62,197 nucleotides of DNA, filler included, from Asterionella formosa (GCA_002256025.1; 27 parts of 27 records of this genome joined end to end with filler, not necessarily neighbours in it); one strand, 5' to 3'. Shown: positions 12,752 to 25,543, numbered from the whole stretch's first letter. Numbers and translations: made by a program. Notes: generated by a model not told the origin, from the letters alone.

Positions 12752-12780
12752 TGTTTTCTAACTGATGGTGGTGGGTACCT
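11795..12780. repeat. Tandem duplication of a ~496-bp unit (exon plus intron)
   Basis: Near-identical sequence offset by 496 bp; divergent only in the first ~25 codons of the domain. Confidence 0.95.
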
Positions 12781-13059
12781 GGTTGGGAGTACAAGACAAT
12801 GAAAGTGAGAGGAGAGGAGAAGAGAAGAGGAGAACCTTCTGTCAATCATTCAACAAGGGTGAGGAATGTTGTGACTGATTTGAAACATCATGATACCGGT
12901 ACCGGCATTCTTCTACCGGTATTTGCTTTCGTTGCTGTCATGGTACTCTTGTCATCGTGGACTTCTACCAGTATACATAATGCACTCCGCTCATTTCCCT
13001 GGGATTTCCGGGAAAGTCCGAATATTGCGAATATTTGTCCGTAAATATTTAATCAAACC

Positions 13060-13267
13060 GGTAGAATTTTTTTCCTCGTTTGGGGAGTACATTCTACCTC
13101 ATCATTATAACGAGGTTAGGGTTAACATTGATATTTTACAGGGCGAAAATTCTTTCCATTGTATTGTTATCAACCATCATGCCTTGTGAATCAAGAATAC
13201 CTCCTGTAGCAGATAAGTGTGTACAATATAATATAATAATAAAATCATCATGACAAGGACAAGAGGA
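13060..13267 (+). repeat. Interspersed repeat of ~220 bp, copy 2
   Basis: Homologous to 6588-6808. Confidence 0.9.
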
Positions 13268-13872
13268 CCATGATAAATACCTCGGTACCGTAGACTATCT
13301 TGCCGACATCACACGGTACCTGGTATGGTAACTGGCACAGTCATATGTCGCCATATTCATATGCATTTGACCATGTTTCAGTTGGTGGTTTGGTTTGGAG
13401 GTAGGGGTGGTGATCTATGTGAGGGTTTATCATGATACCCCAGAGTAATAAATATTTTTAATTTACCGGTAGTAAGTCCCGGTATATCATGTGATTTTTA
13501 CCTTGCATACTGAATACGTATGGATACTGACGACCGGTACCAGGTACCCAGTACGATGGTATGTACACAATTTGAACAAAAGTTACCTACCAGTGCAACA
13601 ACGCTCTATTGCTACATAATGAACATAACGGTAAGCAATTTTTAAACCTCTTATCATTAGAATGCTGGAAAGCTAGCTGTATACCTGTACCGGTACGCGT
13701 GTGTTTCGTCCCTACAATGGAAGACGAGTGGTACGAAGACCAATACTGCGCATCAAGCAACGGAACGGAGCGNNNNNNNNNNNNNNNNNNNNNNNNNNNN
13801 NNNNNNNNNNNNNNNNTTAATTAATTAANNNNNNNNNNNNNNNNNNNNNNNNNNNNNNNNNNNNNNNNNNNN

Positions 13873-14285
13873 CTTGATGAGCTTCCTGAACCAGCAACAG
13901 GAGTGGGACTGTGGGACCTTACAACATGTCGTCGTGTTCGGTCACTTTGTCGATGATCATGCTCTGACTGACTCAAAGTTCTGGTGCGATGAATTCGTTC
14001 CTCCTCTTCCAAACGGCTGCTAAATCTGGCGCTTTTACTATGAGCCTGCTGCTTGATATCATCCAGTGACGAAATGGATGGCTTGGACCTTGCTCTTCCT
14101 TCAATGACAGCATAGAGATCAACGAACGACTCCTCGTCAGAATCCAAGTCTTTGATATCCTCATAAGCAGTAGCAATCTTAATGATACTTTCCATCGACC
14201 CTTCATCGTCGTCGTCCAGCAAAATACGTTCGGTTTGTTTTGAATTTGCCATGTTTGTTTGATGCATTATTAATAATTGATTCAA
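13873..14285 (-). CDS. Hypothetical acidic/Ser-rich protein, 3' truncated
   Basis: ORF open to the contig end with coding-like composition; no recognisable domain. Confidence 0.4.
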
Positions 14286-14326
14286 TTATTTTTGCAAAAA
14301 AAATTATGTGCAGAGCTGGGGCATAC

Positions 14327-15743
14327 TGTAACGACACGGAGGAACAAAAGGAAATCACGTTGTTTTACGCCGGACATTTTGCTTCAGCCAGCATCGTCAG
14401 CTGTGGTTGCCGCAGCCATTCGTTGCTGTGACTTCGGACAAAATATCGGAACACTATGTTCTTTGATACATACCGGTATACCGGTATCTTGATCATCAGT
14501 CCTGAGCGATGCCTGATGGTGATGGAATGCAAGCTGCTGCTGGCTGAACCTGTATTCAGCAGAATTGACGATGAGTTATTTGTTGTCTAATGACCCCGAT
14601 TGATACACAGTTTGCGACCTTCTACCTGACCCGCCGGGCATCCTTTGCTCACAGCCACTTAAGGTAAATTTTGATGTTTGTGAAACGGTAACACAAGTAC
14701 CTGATTACCGGTGGACTAGTATTTGAAAAATAGTCATTATCAGAAGTACAGTACCAGGTAACTGTATTTTAAAGAATCTATAGAGACATTGTAATCTATG
14801 CATTTTTCACATACAATGACTATGATGAAGCCTAGTTAGGACATAAATGACGATATCCTCCTTGGTACCGCCGTGGTATTCTTGAATTTAACATGTCGCC
14901 CGGACCAATAATTTTTATTTATATATATGTGGCGTTTTACCAGCAAGACGAAGTCTACGAGCAGTCCACCATTACCTGGTACCTGGTACCATGTGGACTG
15001 CCAATGTATCCACGCAGACATATTACGGTGAAGTTTCGGTACCAGCTTCTTTAAGACTACCTTCGTCGGAGTAGTACCAAGTAGTATCGCAATGCAAACA
15101 ACATTTATATCCTACTCAGAATGGTTCTTGGAGTTGCTTTGCAACCTGCCAGTGTGCACATTTGAAGGTCATCAGATACCACTGTCCACCACAACAAGAA
15201 GGGCTATGACTCAATCTTGCACACATGAACGCTTCATGAGGTACTTCCTTGCAAGTTGCTGTGCTTGGTACTGGTACCATTTCGATGATGCCTCAAGTAG
15301 AACGGTTCACCGGGAGACTAGACTACCGCTACGGGTAGGCTACCAGAGCCTGCTATAGACAAAAAATGCACAGGAGGATCTTGTCGTACTTGGCTGATTG
15401 ATCCTGGTGAATCTGGAAGTTGCGGTCATTTTGCTTTATCTAACATTTAATCTGGGATAAAGATAACTAAATCTTTAGTTTCAGCAAGAGTACCGCAACT
15501 TGCTGGTGAGATGGAGCGTTTCGTAACGACACGGACGAACAAAAATAAATCACGTTAAATTACGCCGTACATTTTGCTTCAGCCAAAAGTCAGCTGTGGT
15601 TACCGCAGTCATTCTTGTTGTGATTTCAGAGAAAATATCGAAACGCCATATTCTCTGATATTGAATGTATCTTGATCATTGGTCCTGAGTGATGCCTGGT
15701 GATGGAATGCTGGTTGAACCCATTATTCAGCAGAATTGACGAT
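14327..15743 (+). repeat. Two diverged direct repeats of ~220-245 bp (14327-14572 and 15523-15743)
   Basis: Both share gtaacgacacgga..aacaaaa, acattttgcttcagcca, aaaatatcg and tattcagcagaattgacgat. Confidence 0.85.
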
Positions 15744-16081
15744 AACGGCAGCATGTGAAGGACCAGTAGATGGTGATAATTCGCAAAACAGTTCTACAAG
15801 GAGAGCGGAGCTGTTTGGCCTCGCCTCAGCTCTCGCATTCATTCATTTACCAGATATCACTCAATATACTATACTTCATCATGAGTTCAGATCTGGACAG
15901 ATAGTGCCACAGCACTCCTTGCAAGGATTCAAATGCGGATATCGCGTCACTCCAGACAGAAACAATTAACACATTATTGTCTATTACATTTAAATTACAT
16001 TGGATCAAAGCGCGCCAAGATTGCCATTCTAAGGCGAGAAGAATCTCTCGAATTCAGCAGAAATGATTATAACAGCCAGGA
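15736..16081 (+). pseudogene. RNase H fragment of a non-LTR retrotransposon
   Basis: EGPVDGD..NSSTRRAELFGLASAL, then after a frameshift QIWTDSATAL. Confidence 0.6.
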
Positions 16082-16181
16082 NNNNNNNNNNNNNNNNNNN
16101 NNNNNNNNNNNNNNNNNNNNNNNNNTTAATTAATTAANNNNNNNNNNNNNNNNNNNNNNNNNNNNNNNNNNNNNNNNNNNN

Positions 16182-18390
16182 TCAATGTACGTGACCCTAA
16201 TGCTGATGATAGGCAGTACAAGTGGAAAGTTAGGATCACCCAAATTCCCCTTGACACCTTCGCCACCTCTAAAATCCCTTTGGAGATCAATGAGATTATG
16301 ACTTTCTTGTCCAAATCTTTTGGTAACGATTGGAATTCCGTTGTTACCAACCAAGCTCTATACGCAAATCAGCTCCAGAAGAAGCTTCATGGCAACTTCG
16401 TCATTACCATTGAAAAGAGGGAGAACTTGGAGAAGAAGTTCAAGCCCGTAGCTATGGTTGTTGTGGAGCAAAAAGAGTTTCCAACTCCTATTGCTTGTAT
16501 TCACTATCTGGTGACAAGTAACCATAACTCAACCCATGATTTGCACAAGTACAAAGAACGTGGAATGGGTCAGCTGCTGATCCAAGCTGCTACTCGTCTT
16601 CGTATCGATGAGGAGGCCTGGAACTGTGCATACCCAGGATGTCCTTCCCAACATCAACCAGTTTTTGCGCAGGTGCTGGGCAATGCGGTTGAGTGGTATA
16701 AATCCTTGGGATTTGTACACTGCAATCCTATTCCTTGGATGGAAAGGATCAATCATCCTCTTGAAAACCTTCTTCATGATGAGATGAACAAGAACGATGG
16801 CGATGTTGATTCATACAATTATGGACCTGATATGCCAGAACCAGCAAATTTCGAGACCTTTTCTATCGTGCGTTTGCGAACAAATATAACTGGGAGTCTT
16901 CTTTCAGCCACTCATTATGATCTTCTTGATCATCAATTGGAAGAGCAAGCCTATGTGTACTCGATGTTTCTTCCCATTGGGGGTTTCATCTACAAGCAAC
17001 CAAAAGGTATGTTCGTTTACTTTATATGCTGTATTCATATTCATTTATTCATTCAAACATTTCTATTTTTGCATTCATCGCCTGACAGAGGTGATGAATG
17101 CGAAGGCAGCTATCAGATCAGAGTATGCCCGCTTGGAAGCGCCTTCTTATGCGCTCGGAAAGCGTGCGAGGAGAGGCACTTTGCAGAAGGCTGCTTCTAT
17201 AGTTACAGCAGGATCAACACAGGCCCAATCCCGAGTGTTGCAGAAGAGTGTTCCAAAGAAAGCTGCAAAGACGAGGATGAAGACTCCTCCAAGAGCTGTT
17301 GCTGCAAAAGCTGTTGCACTCAAGCTTTCTGCCAAGGCTACTCCCAAGCATGATGCTACCAAAGCCATCACATCCAAGGCAGGTGCTTACAACGCTGCGA
17401 AGTCAACAGCAAGGAGCCGAGATGTTGCATCAATGCCTGTAACTAATCCTTACGCAGAATCTGAATCGGACTGCAAACCAGCCGCGATTCCCAGCAAAAA
17501 AGTATCGAAACCAGACTCTAAACCAGCTGCCATAAACAGGAAAAACGTATCCAAACCGGATTCCAAATCAGCTGCCACCTCCAGCAAATAGGTCTCCAAA
17601 CCGGAGTCCCAACAAGTTGCTGTGCCAATAATCAAGAAACGATCGAAGGCTACCTGGCCCCCTTCTAGTTCTATTTCCAAGAAATCACGAATTTCTTCCA
17701 AGGACAATGATGTGATTAGTCTAACAAATGATGATAGTAGTGAGTCAAAGGCAACTGACTCAAAGAATGACCTCCTCCATTGTGTCAATCCTGAACGACC
17801 TTCTGTTGTCAATTTCGACAAAAGTAACCAGAATGTGATCAAGCTGGAACTCATCCTGTCCCACCATGGGATAAGGTCGAAACAATTTGACCTAGCAGGA
17901 ATTCTTGCTTCACGCAGAGCAATCACCACTCAAAGGCTCAGCTCTCAAGGCAGTTTCAAGGGTGTCACTAACACAGCAAATATTTCAAGCTTGCTGTATC
18001 AGGCTGATGCAGCCTACCACCAATTTCGTCATGAGTGCTTGCAGTATGCGGAACGAATGTTGTCCCCATCGTCAAATGAAGATTTGACGAAAAATAATAG
18101 CAAGTCGCCTCTCACTGGGAACAAGGGTGTGGACGAGAGTGCAAAGTGGATGCACAGTTTTCAAGACCCTACTTTTGGCGTTTCCAACAGGTTTGACTCC
18201 AAGAGAATTGTTGATCTTCAGGTCCTACCTTCACCACCTTTGACCAACATTAACAATGAGGGGCGTAAAAACATCGAGCAAGAAACCTTGATTTCTTCCA
18301 AGGAAAAGAACATTGTAAAGGCCAAAGAAGCTGTGGTCCCAACTCCACCAGCTTTGCTTAACAATATTTCTAGTCCAGTCAAAAATCCTG
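16182..18390 (+). pseudogene. GNAT-like acetyltransferase domain plus a K/A/S/P-rich low-complexity region. Intron 17007-17088; single in-frame TAG at 17589-17591; truncated at both ends.
   Basis: IHYLVT..YKERGMGQLLIQ (motif A) and NAVEWYKSLGF (motif B). A GT-AG phase-1 intron joins the frames, and the frame continues after the TAG to the contig end. Confidence 0.65.
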
Positions 18391-20958
18391 NNNNNNNNNN
18401 NNNNNNNNNNNNNNNNNNNNNNNNNNNNNNNNNNTTAATTAATTAANNNNNNNNNNNNNNNNNNNNNNNNNNNNNNNNNNNNNNNNNNNNATTCCCTGCT
18501 AAAGGTATGTAAAATTGACTTTGTTGTGACTGATACTGTTGTTGCAGAATGTTGTGTCAAAATTGAAGGCACAGTGTTTAGGAATGTTTGACCACCTTCT
18601 TGACAGTGATGAGATTACCTTCATTTGTTGTGTCCTGATATCTTCTTGTTCATCAAGTGCTTGCTTCCAAATCTTGAAATATGTACTTGTATAGTTTCAA
18701 AAAAATTTCAAGTAAACTACTGTTGGGCTCTACTGATGTGGAGAATGTTGAGTCACACCTGTGTGGTGCGGAGCGCCCAGGAAGGAGACTCTGGGGTGTT
18801 CTCATGGGAGCAGAAGAATGGCGGGAGAGGGTACCAGGTACAGTAGATTAGAAACTAAGTGATGGTAAATAAAATGATTTTAAAATTAAGATCAAAGTAA
18901 CTAACTGTTTTTATCCATTATCTAATAATACTGACAATCATTTCTAAACAGAAAGTATGATCTGTAATCGATATAGTTTGATTCACATATCGTATACATT
19001 TGATCATGTGATAAAAATTTTCATTGTTATGAGAAAATGAATGATCAAATTATTATGTAATTTATACCATATGGAAAATGCTGCATGACTCTTGCTAACA
19101 GTAGCTTCATTGAATCACTGACTTGTAGTAGGCACACAAAAAATTACATCAGGTTGTGGAAAACAATGACAACCCATGCATTTTATATAATTGAACTATA
19201 CTTAGCATACACATGATGTGCGATATAATGAGTGTCGATGAACTATGAAATTGTTCAACTATAGATGTAATATATGATACATTTACAAATTTTATAAATG
19301 TATTCATGGCTAATACATTTGAAATCATGTTTATCATGCATACCTATAACACATCCTGAAATAAAAGACCACATCAGCCACATGACAAGGAAAACTGAAG
19401 TGATGCTCCAACACAATGACATGACACCTTCTTTCTTGAGGCTTAGAAGGATTGAAAAAGGAAAAGTGAATGGAATCTATCTATGGTAACAAGTCAATTG
19501 CAACTGTCAGAATGATCAATTGATTGGCTTACAATGAATAACTCAAGGCAACCCAAGGCAGCGGCCAAAAGCATCAAAAACATAGACAATCGAAATCACA
19601 GATACAAACAATCATTGAAGGGACTTCCTCCAATTTGGGAATTGTTGGAGGAATTTCATCCTTCGTCACATCATTGCCCCCCTAAAATTTATCATATTCC
19701 CCTGTGTCTATCCAGGCACAAGAGCCAAAAACAACATCTTCTAGTCAAGCCTTCTTGTATTGGTCCATTCTGTACGACTCCTGGTGAGCAACATCCATGC
19801 CAAAATGATGTTCCTATGCGTTCAAGAAGGACACACCTCGAACTAGTAGGTCAGAATTGATTGTTGAACTTGGTGTTTCAAGAGGAGCTAGCACCAAGCA
19901 AAGGTAACAACAAATGCAAGCTTTGGAATATTTTTTCGTATTATGAAATTGAAATTACAAGAAACAAGGCAAAGGGTTTAATGTAAGTCTTGCCCGGGGT
20001 CTGCCCGGGGTCCACCTGTGGTCATGGCCCCAAAACTTGCATCCAGCCATATACAGTAGTACAGCCAACATGCTGACCGTTGTATGCTGTACGTAAAATG
20101 CATGCATGTTATGTATAACCACACCCAAACACATATGGACAAACCCACGTATGTAAGCCGTACGAAACAAAAAAAATCGCTCTGGAACTCGCTTGTTATA
20201 ACAGCAACCGTACAAGGTACCAGTATTCCAGTACCAGGACCATGTAATAAGCGCCAAAGTACATCTACGTTCTTTATAAAAATTATGATCATATTGAGAT
20301 ATTGAAAATTTTTAATATAAAAACTTTTTATATACATTCTCATTCTGAATAAATATGCATTGTACGGCTTTTCTATTGTAAGTACAATATTTAGGGGAAA
20401 ATTTCACAGAAGATCAGAGGCCATTAGGGGGATCTCGCCGGATCGCAATGATCATATTCCTTCATGGTTATTATGTTTCAGCGATACAGTACTTCCTTTC
20501 TCCAAAATCTCGCTCACATTTTGCTTGGTTGTATCTATTGCTCTGGATTAAAGAATTTGTTGGGCCTGTTGTCGAGGATACATAAAAATCATACCATTAT
20601 TTTGTTTCACCATGTTTTGTCAGAGTTCTGAAAGGCCATTCAATTGCTATTCAGTTTCCGCCATGAACGAGAGTAATGAAGGTGATTTGACAAAAGTGNN
20701 NNNNNNNNNNNNNNNNNNNNNNNNNNNNNNNNNNNNNNNNNNTTAATTAATTAANNNNNNNNNNNNNNNNNNNNNNNNNNNNNNNNNNNNNNNNNNNNTT
20801 TATATTAAATTATCAACGATCGTGGAGAGCCCATCATCCGCCAATTCTTACATTCCTCCATATGTACCGCACCCTTCACATTAGCATCTCCCCTCGCTTT
20901 GACGGAGGTATAAAGTTACATTGATTCATCTTAGAGCGAGGAGAGAAAGCCATCCACG

Positions 20959-22767
20959 ATGGCTTCCACGGTTGCACCCGGCGTGACACCCATGCTCCCA
21001 AAAGAGGCGCTCACTGTTGACATGGTGCACTATGACTTTGAAGATTATGCGCTGGAATACGGTATTCCCGAGACACTTGATCCTCTCCCGTACCGAAAGG
21101 CTGGGTCAGTGTTTGCAACAGGAGAAGAGGCTGAACCAGTCCTGACATCCGCAAAGCACGATCCTCGCCTCAGAACTGTTGTTTGTCGCCATTGGCTTCG
21201 CGATCTTTGCATGAAGGGCGCTGCTTGCGAGTTTCTTCATCAGTACGATTTGTCTAAAATGCCGCTTTGCCGTCATGGAGATCGATGCAAGATTAAGGAT
21301 TGTCCTTTTCGGCACATTAGTGATGCAGATAGATTGGAATGCGTGTTTTACTCACAAGGCTTCTGCATTCACGGGCCCTTTTGCCGGTACAAGCATGTGC
21401 GGCGAGACAGAATCGATCTACCAGCAGTGGCTGACTTCACCCTAGGACTAAGTCAAATGCAAGCCAAGGATGGTGTGACTACGAAACGACCTGCGCCCAA
21501 GCCAAATGAATTCTACAAAGTCAGTCTCTGTAAACATTTTATGCAAGGGGACTGTCCCTTTGGCGACGGCTGTCACTTTGCTCACGGCGAGCACGAACTT
21601 AAGAAATTTCCGAGAGCAGAAGAAGGAGAAGGTGGAGTTGTAGGAGGTCGGGATGGTATGGACGAACCGGAAACGACAGGAGGAGCCGATTACTTTCAAG
21701 GTGGCGCTGCAGGTGGTGGCAAACCAAGTCCAATTCTAGAGCCCGAGCAAGCGTCGTTTTTTATCGTACGTGCCGCGACACAGAGAGATCTTGCCTTGTC
21801 ATCGAGTAACGGACAGTGGTTTGTCGAAAGAAAACATGCGGAAAAACTTAACGACGCATATAGGAATGGTCGCCGACAAGTAATGATATTCTTCACAGTG
21901 AGCGACTCACTTCATTTACAAGGAGCTGCCATCATGACGTCTTCAGCAACTTTTGTTGAAAATGAATCCGATTTCTGCTATTTATTTTCTGTGGAATGGT
22001 ATCGGACGTGTGAGCTACCAATGAAAACTGCTATCGAGGCTGCTCCAGACCTCCTACTTCCAACTCGAACCACTCAGTATTGCCAAGATATGTCGTCCAC
22101 AACTGGCGAATCTCTCATGAAAGCAATTTGGAACTCGCCGCTTGTTACTCTCTACGAATCATGGTCAGGCGAGCAGGATCCCCCAGCCGATATATTGACA
22201 GACTTTCGTTTTCCAGCCCCCGATGAGATATCTTGGCCGACCATGCCTGGACCTGGCTTTGTTTTTGGATGTAGTCAAGAAACAATGGATGAATGCCTTG
22301 GAAGAGGCGTATTCGGACTTCCTGCTAGCATGAAAGCTGCGGCAGCGATAATTCAACCGGGCTGTACTATTTTCTTGTTCAATGTGACAGATCGACTATT
22401 CTTTGGGGTTTTCGAAGCGTTGACAGCAGCTGCTATGAATTTGGAACCAACTGCTTTCTCCAAGAACCCCAACGCAACCAGTTCGCCGTTTCCTATCCAA
22501 ATCAGAGTGCGGGTAAGCCTTGAATGCCCTCCATTGGAAGACAATGATCCAATTCTGAATGACATCTTGCGTAGTAGAGGGGGAGGTCGGATTGGAGCAT
22601 TGACGCATGCACAAACAGAAGCAGTAGCAAGTTTGCTTGCTAGCCAATGTGGCGCATTGCAGTACATGATCGAATACAAAGAAGGTCTTCGTCGAGGTGA
22701 CGTGGTTGTGGCGCCTCCAATTGCATTACCACCACGAAAGATTGAACGCAATAGTTCAAGGCAATGA
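20959..22767 (+). CDS. CPSF30: CPSF30/Yth1-like protein: three CPSF30-type CCCH fingers, an extra CCCH finger, a YTH-like domain and a DCD domain
   Basis: TVVCRHWLRDLCMKGAACEFLHQYDLSKMPLC; CVFYSQGFCIHGPFCRYKH; YKVSLCKHFMQGDCPFGDGCHFAHG. YTH: FFIVRA..DL..S...GQW...KLNDAY..VMIFFTV..LQGAAIM..FSVEW. DCD: GFVFGCSQETMDECLGRGVFGLP..PG.TIFLFN..FGVFEA..NLEPTAF..FPIQIRV. Confidence 0.88.
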   Translation: MASTVAPGVTPMLPKEALTVDMVHYDFEDYALEYGIPETLDPLPYRKAGSVFATGEEAEPVLTSAKHDPRLRTVVCRHWLRDLCMKGAACEFLHQYDLSKMPLCRHGDRCKIKDCPFRHISDADRLECVFYSQGFCIHGPFCRYKHVRRDRIDLPAVADFTLGLSQMQAKDGVTTKRPAPKPNEFYKVSLCKHFMQGDCPFGDGCHFAHGEHELKKFPRAEEGEGGVVGGRDGMDEPETTGGADYFQGGAAGGGKPSPILEPEQASFFIVRAATQRDLALSSSNGQWFVERKHAEKLNDAYRNGRRQVMIFFTVSDSLHLQGAAIMTSSATFVENESDFCYLFSVEWYRTCELPMKTAIEAAPDLLLPTRTTQYCQDMSSTTGESLMKAIWNSPLVTLYESWSGEQDPPADILTDFRFPAPDEISWPTMPGPGFVFGCSQETMDECLGRGVFGLPASMKAAAAIIQPGCTIFLFNVTDRLFFGVFEALTAAAMNLEPTAFSKNPNATSSPFPIQIRVRVSLECPPLEDNDPILNDILRSRGGGRIGALTHAQTEAVASLLASQCGALQYMIEYKEGLRRGDVVVAPPIALPPRKIERNSSRQ

Positions 22768-23401
22768 AAGAAACTTTTAGAAATTCGTTTTCAACCCAAT
22801 GTGCTGATCTTTGAGTGTGAACCAACGCAGGTGAAAACAGCTTCAAACTAGCACAGCGTAAAATTCACGTTTTACCTTTCATTCTGTATTTTTTCAATGT
22901 CGAAACCCCACCCTGCACACATCTTTCCTTCTGGATTGTGCAAAAGTTATTACTTTGCTGCTGCTGCCATACCGGTTGAACAATGTGGCTAGATGTTCAT
23001 GGGGTCNNNNNNNNNNNNNNNNNNNNNNNNNNNNNNNNNNNNNNNNNNNNTTAATTAATTAANNNNNNNNNNNNNNNNNNNNNNNNNNNNNNNNNNNNNN
23101 NNNNNNTACTACAGTCTTCATTTTGCCTTTGATTGTCTAGATTATAGTGCACATACGGTCCTATTCCCTGCTATTACATGATGAATCTTCAAGGCTTTGT
23201 ACATGACGTCATAAAAGGAATGCATTCACCTGTGATCACAAATTTTCTGGCGGAGGAAATCTTTGTATGATCCCACGACTTCATTCACAGCCACAAGATG
23301 TTTGCTCCGGTCTAAAATCGGAAACAAGTAAAATTATTACCTCTCCCGTTCACAGGACTTGGTAATCTCCGTCACTTTCCACTCTGAATTCGCTCACTAG
23401 T

Positions 23402-25305
23402 ATGTTTCGCATTGCCGCTTCTGCTCGTCGCTTGGCGTCCACGCCGTCACTACGTTTGTTTCATGGATCAGTCAACATCCAGGCGCCTCTGACGACAAGG
23501 TTCCATCTTCCAGATCCAGCCTCACCTGATGAACATTCGTCAACAACTCGCAAGTTCTCTCCCAAGCTGACCAAGATTGTTGCTACGATTGGACCAACCA
23601 GTGAGCAGCTACCTGTTCTTCAGGAAGTTGTCAAGAATGGTATGCGTATTATGCGCCTCAACTTTTCGCATGCTACTACAGAGGAAGTTGAATTGCGAAT
23701 GGGAAACTTGACAAAGTGCAGGGTAAGCAAAAATGAACAACAACAACCATTAGCGATGGATTACATGATCCTTAGTTATGGATGCATTTTAGATATTGTA
23801 CATTGCATCCTTCCTAAAATGACCCGACACTAACGAGTTGAAATCTTAACTCAGGGACGCCACTCCTTGCTCGACGACGACTGCAGGGAAACGAACCTTC
23901 GTGCTGTTTTGTTGGACACTAAGGGCCCTGAGATTCGATCTGGAAAACTCAAAAAGGACCATTCAGGCCATGAAACTATTCACCTAGTAGCTGGAGATTC
24001 AATTACATTGCACACTACTCAACAAATGAAGGAGGAAGGCTCGACAGAAACGGATCTTTTTATTGACTACCCCAAACTGCACAAATGTTTGACTGTTGGC
24101 ATGAAGGTACTATTGGATGATGGAGCCGTTTCTCTTGTCGTTACTGGCGTAGAAAGCGACAAGGATCTTCATGGCACCGTCACATGCAAAATCGAAAACT
24201 CGGGAGAATTGCGTTCTCGGGCTGGAGTGAATTTGCCAGGAGCCGAAACCGACCTACCGGCCATGTCAGACAAGGATCGCGTGGATATCAAGTATGGTAT
24301 GACCAAGGATGTTGACTTTGTCGCTGCGTCCTTTATTCAAAATGCCGAAGCAGTTATGGAGATTCGAAAATACATTCATGATTGTGCCAAGGAACTTGGA
24401 TGGAGTGACACAGCCCCCTTGCCACTTATTATTTCGAAGATTGAGTCCATGTCCGCGTTGAAACATTTTGATGCCATTTTGGAAGCGTCCGATGGAATCA
24501 TGGTGGCACGAGGGGATTTGGGTGTCGAGGTAAGAATTGATAAATACATTTCATGAAAATCCACCTGTTTTACCCCCACGTGCTCACTTTCAACTTTGTT
24601 TCGTAGATCCCTATCCAGCAAGTGACCAATGCTCAAAAGGAAATGTGTGCTGCATGTAACGCTGCCGGAAAACCTGTGATTGTTGCCACCCAAATGTTGG
24701 AATCTATGGCCAAGAGTCCTAGACCAACTCGCGCCGAAGTAGCAGACGTAACGAATGCCGTGTATGATGGAGCCGATTGTGTCATGTTGTCAGGGGAGAC
24801 CGCGAAGGGCAAGTACCCTGTCGATTCAGTTCGCATGATGAATGAGATTATTGGATCAGCCGAAGGCTACCTTACTTCCGCAGGGATTGGCGCCACCAGT
24901 ATCAAGCGATTTACTGGGCCACAGACTTCTGTTGCTGCCATTGCCAGAGCAGCTGTCGCAGCCGCCGAAACTGAACACGCATCTGCCATTTTGGTTTTGA
25001 CGAAAACAGGCAGATTGCCAGCACTAGTATCTGCTTATCGACCTGATGTTCCCATAATTACCTTCTGCCCTAATGCGAAAATGGGCCGTCAGTTGATGTT
25101 GTATAGAGGGTTGCATCCAGTCGTTGAAATGGTTGGGTCGAGTTTGAGCACGCGAATGGAAAACGCCGTCACAAGCGCCAAAGCCATGGGGTTTGTTGAA
25201 AAGGGTGATGCTGTTGTGGTTGTCACGATGGAGGATGGTGATGCCATTGAGGGTAGTAGTACTTTGGGACGACGTGCAACTATGATGATTTTAAGTGTCG
25301 CATAA
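23402..25305 (+). CDS. PK: Pyruvate kinase with a probable mitochondrial presequence; exons 23402-23722, 23855-24529, 24607-25305
   Basis: [58 protein letters not shown] and [10 protein letters not shown]. Two GT-AG phase-0 introns. The N-terminus is R/S/A-rich. Confidence 0.97.
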
Positions 25306-25414
25306 ACCAGTTTTNNNNNNNNNNNNNNNNNNNNNNNNNNNNNNNNNNNNNNNNNNNNTTAATTAATTAANNNNNNNNNNNNNNNNNNNNNNNNNNNNNN
25401 NNNNNNNNNNNNNN

Positions 25415-25541
25415 ACGGTGGTGAAGTTGGTTTGCTCGCAGTGTTGGATTATCAAAAAAGGTCCGATGTCTTGTACTCCCCTCTAAGTAAAATCAGTCGT
25501 GGCTGTGTACATTGAGGGGTACGAGACACCAGGTTTTACGG
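25415..25541 (-). mobile_element. Terminal 127 bp (TIR) of a pogo element related to 9253-11205; TA at 25542-25543
   Basis: tacgagacaccaggttttacgg|ta here versus tacgagacacaaggttttacgg|ta at 11184-11207. Confidence 0.8.
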
Positions 25542-25543
25542 TA

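Noticed and set aside
18491..20698. Short ORFs in an AT-rich contig
   Set aside because: No recognisable motifs; probably decayed repeats or intergenic DNA.
21106..24836. Antisense and overlapping ORFs within CPSF30 and pyruvate kinase
   Set aside because: They are shadow ORFs of real coding sequence.
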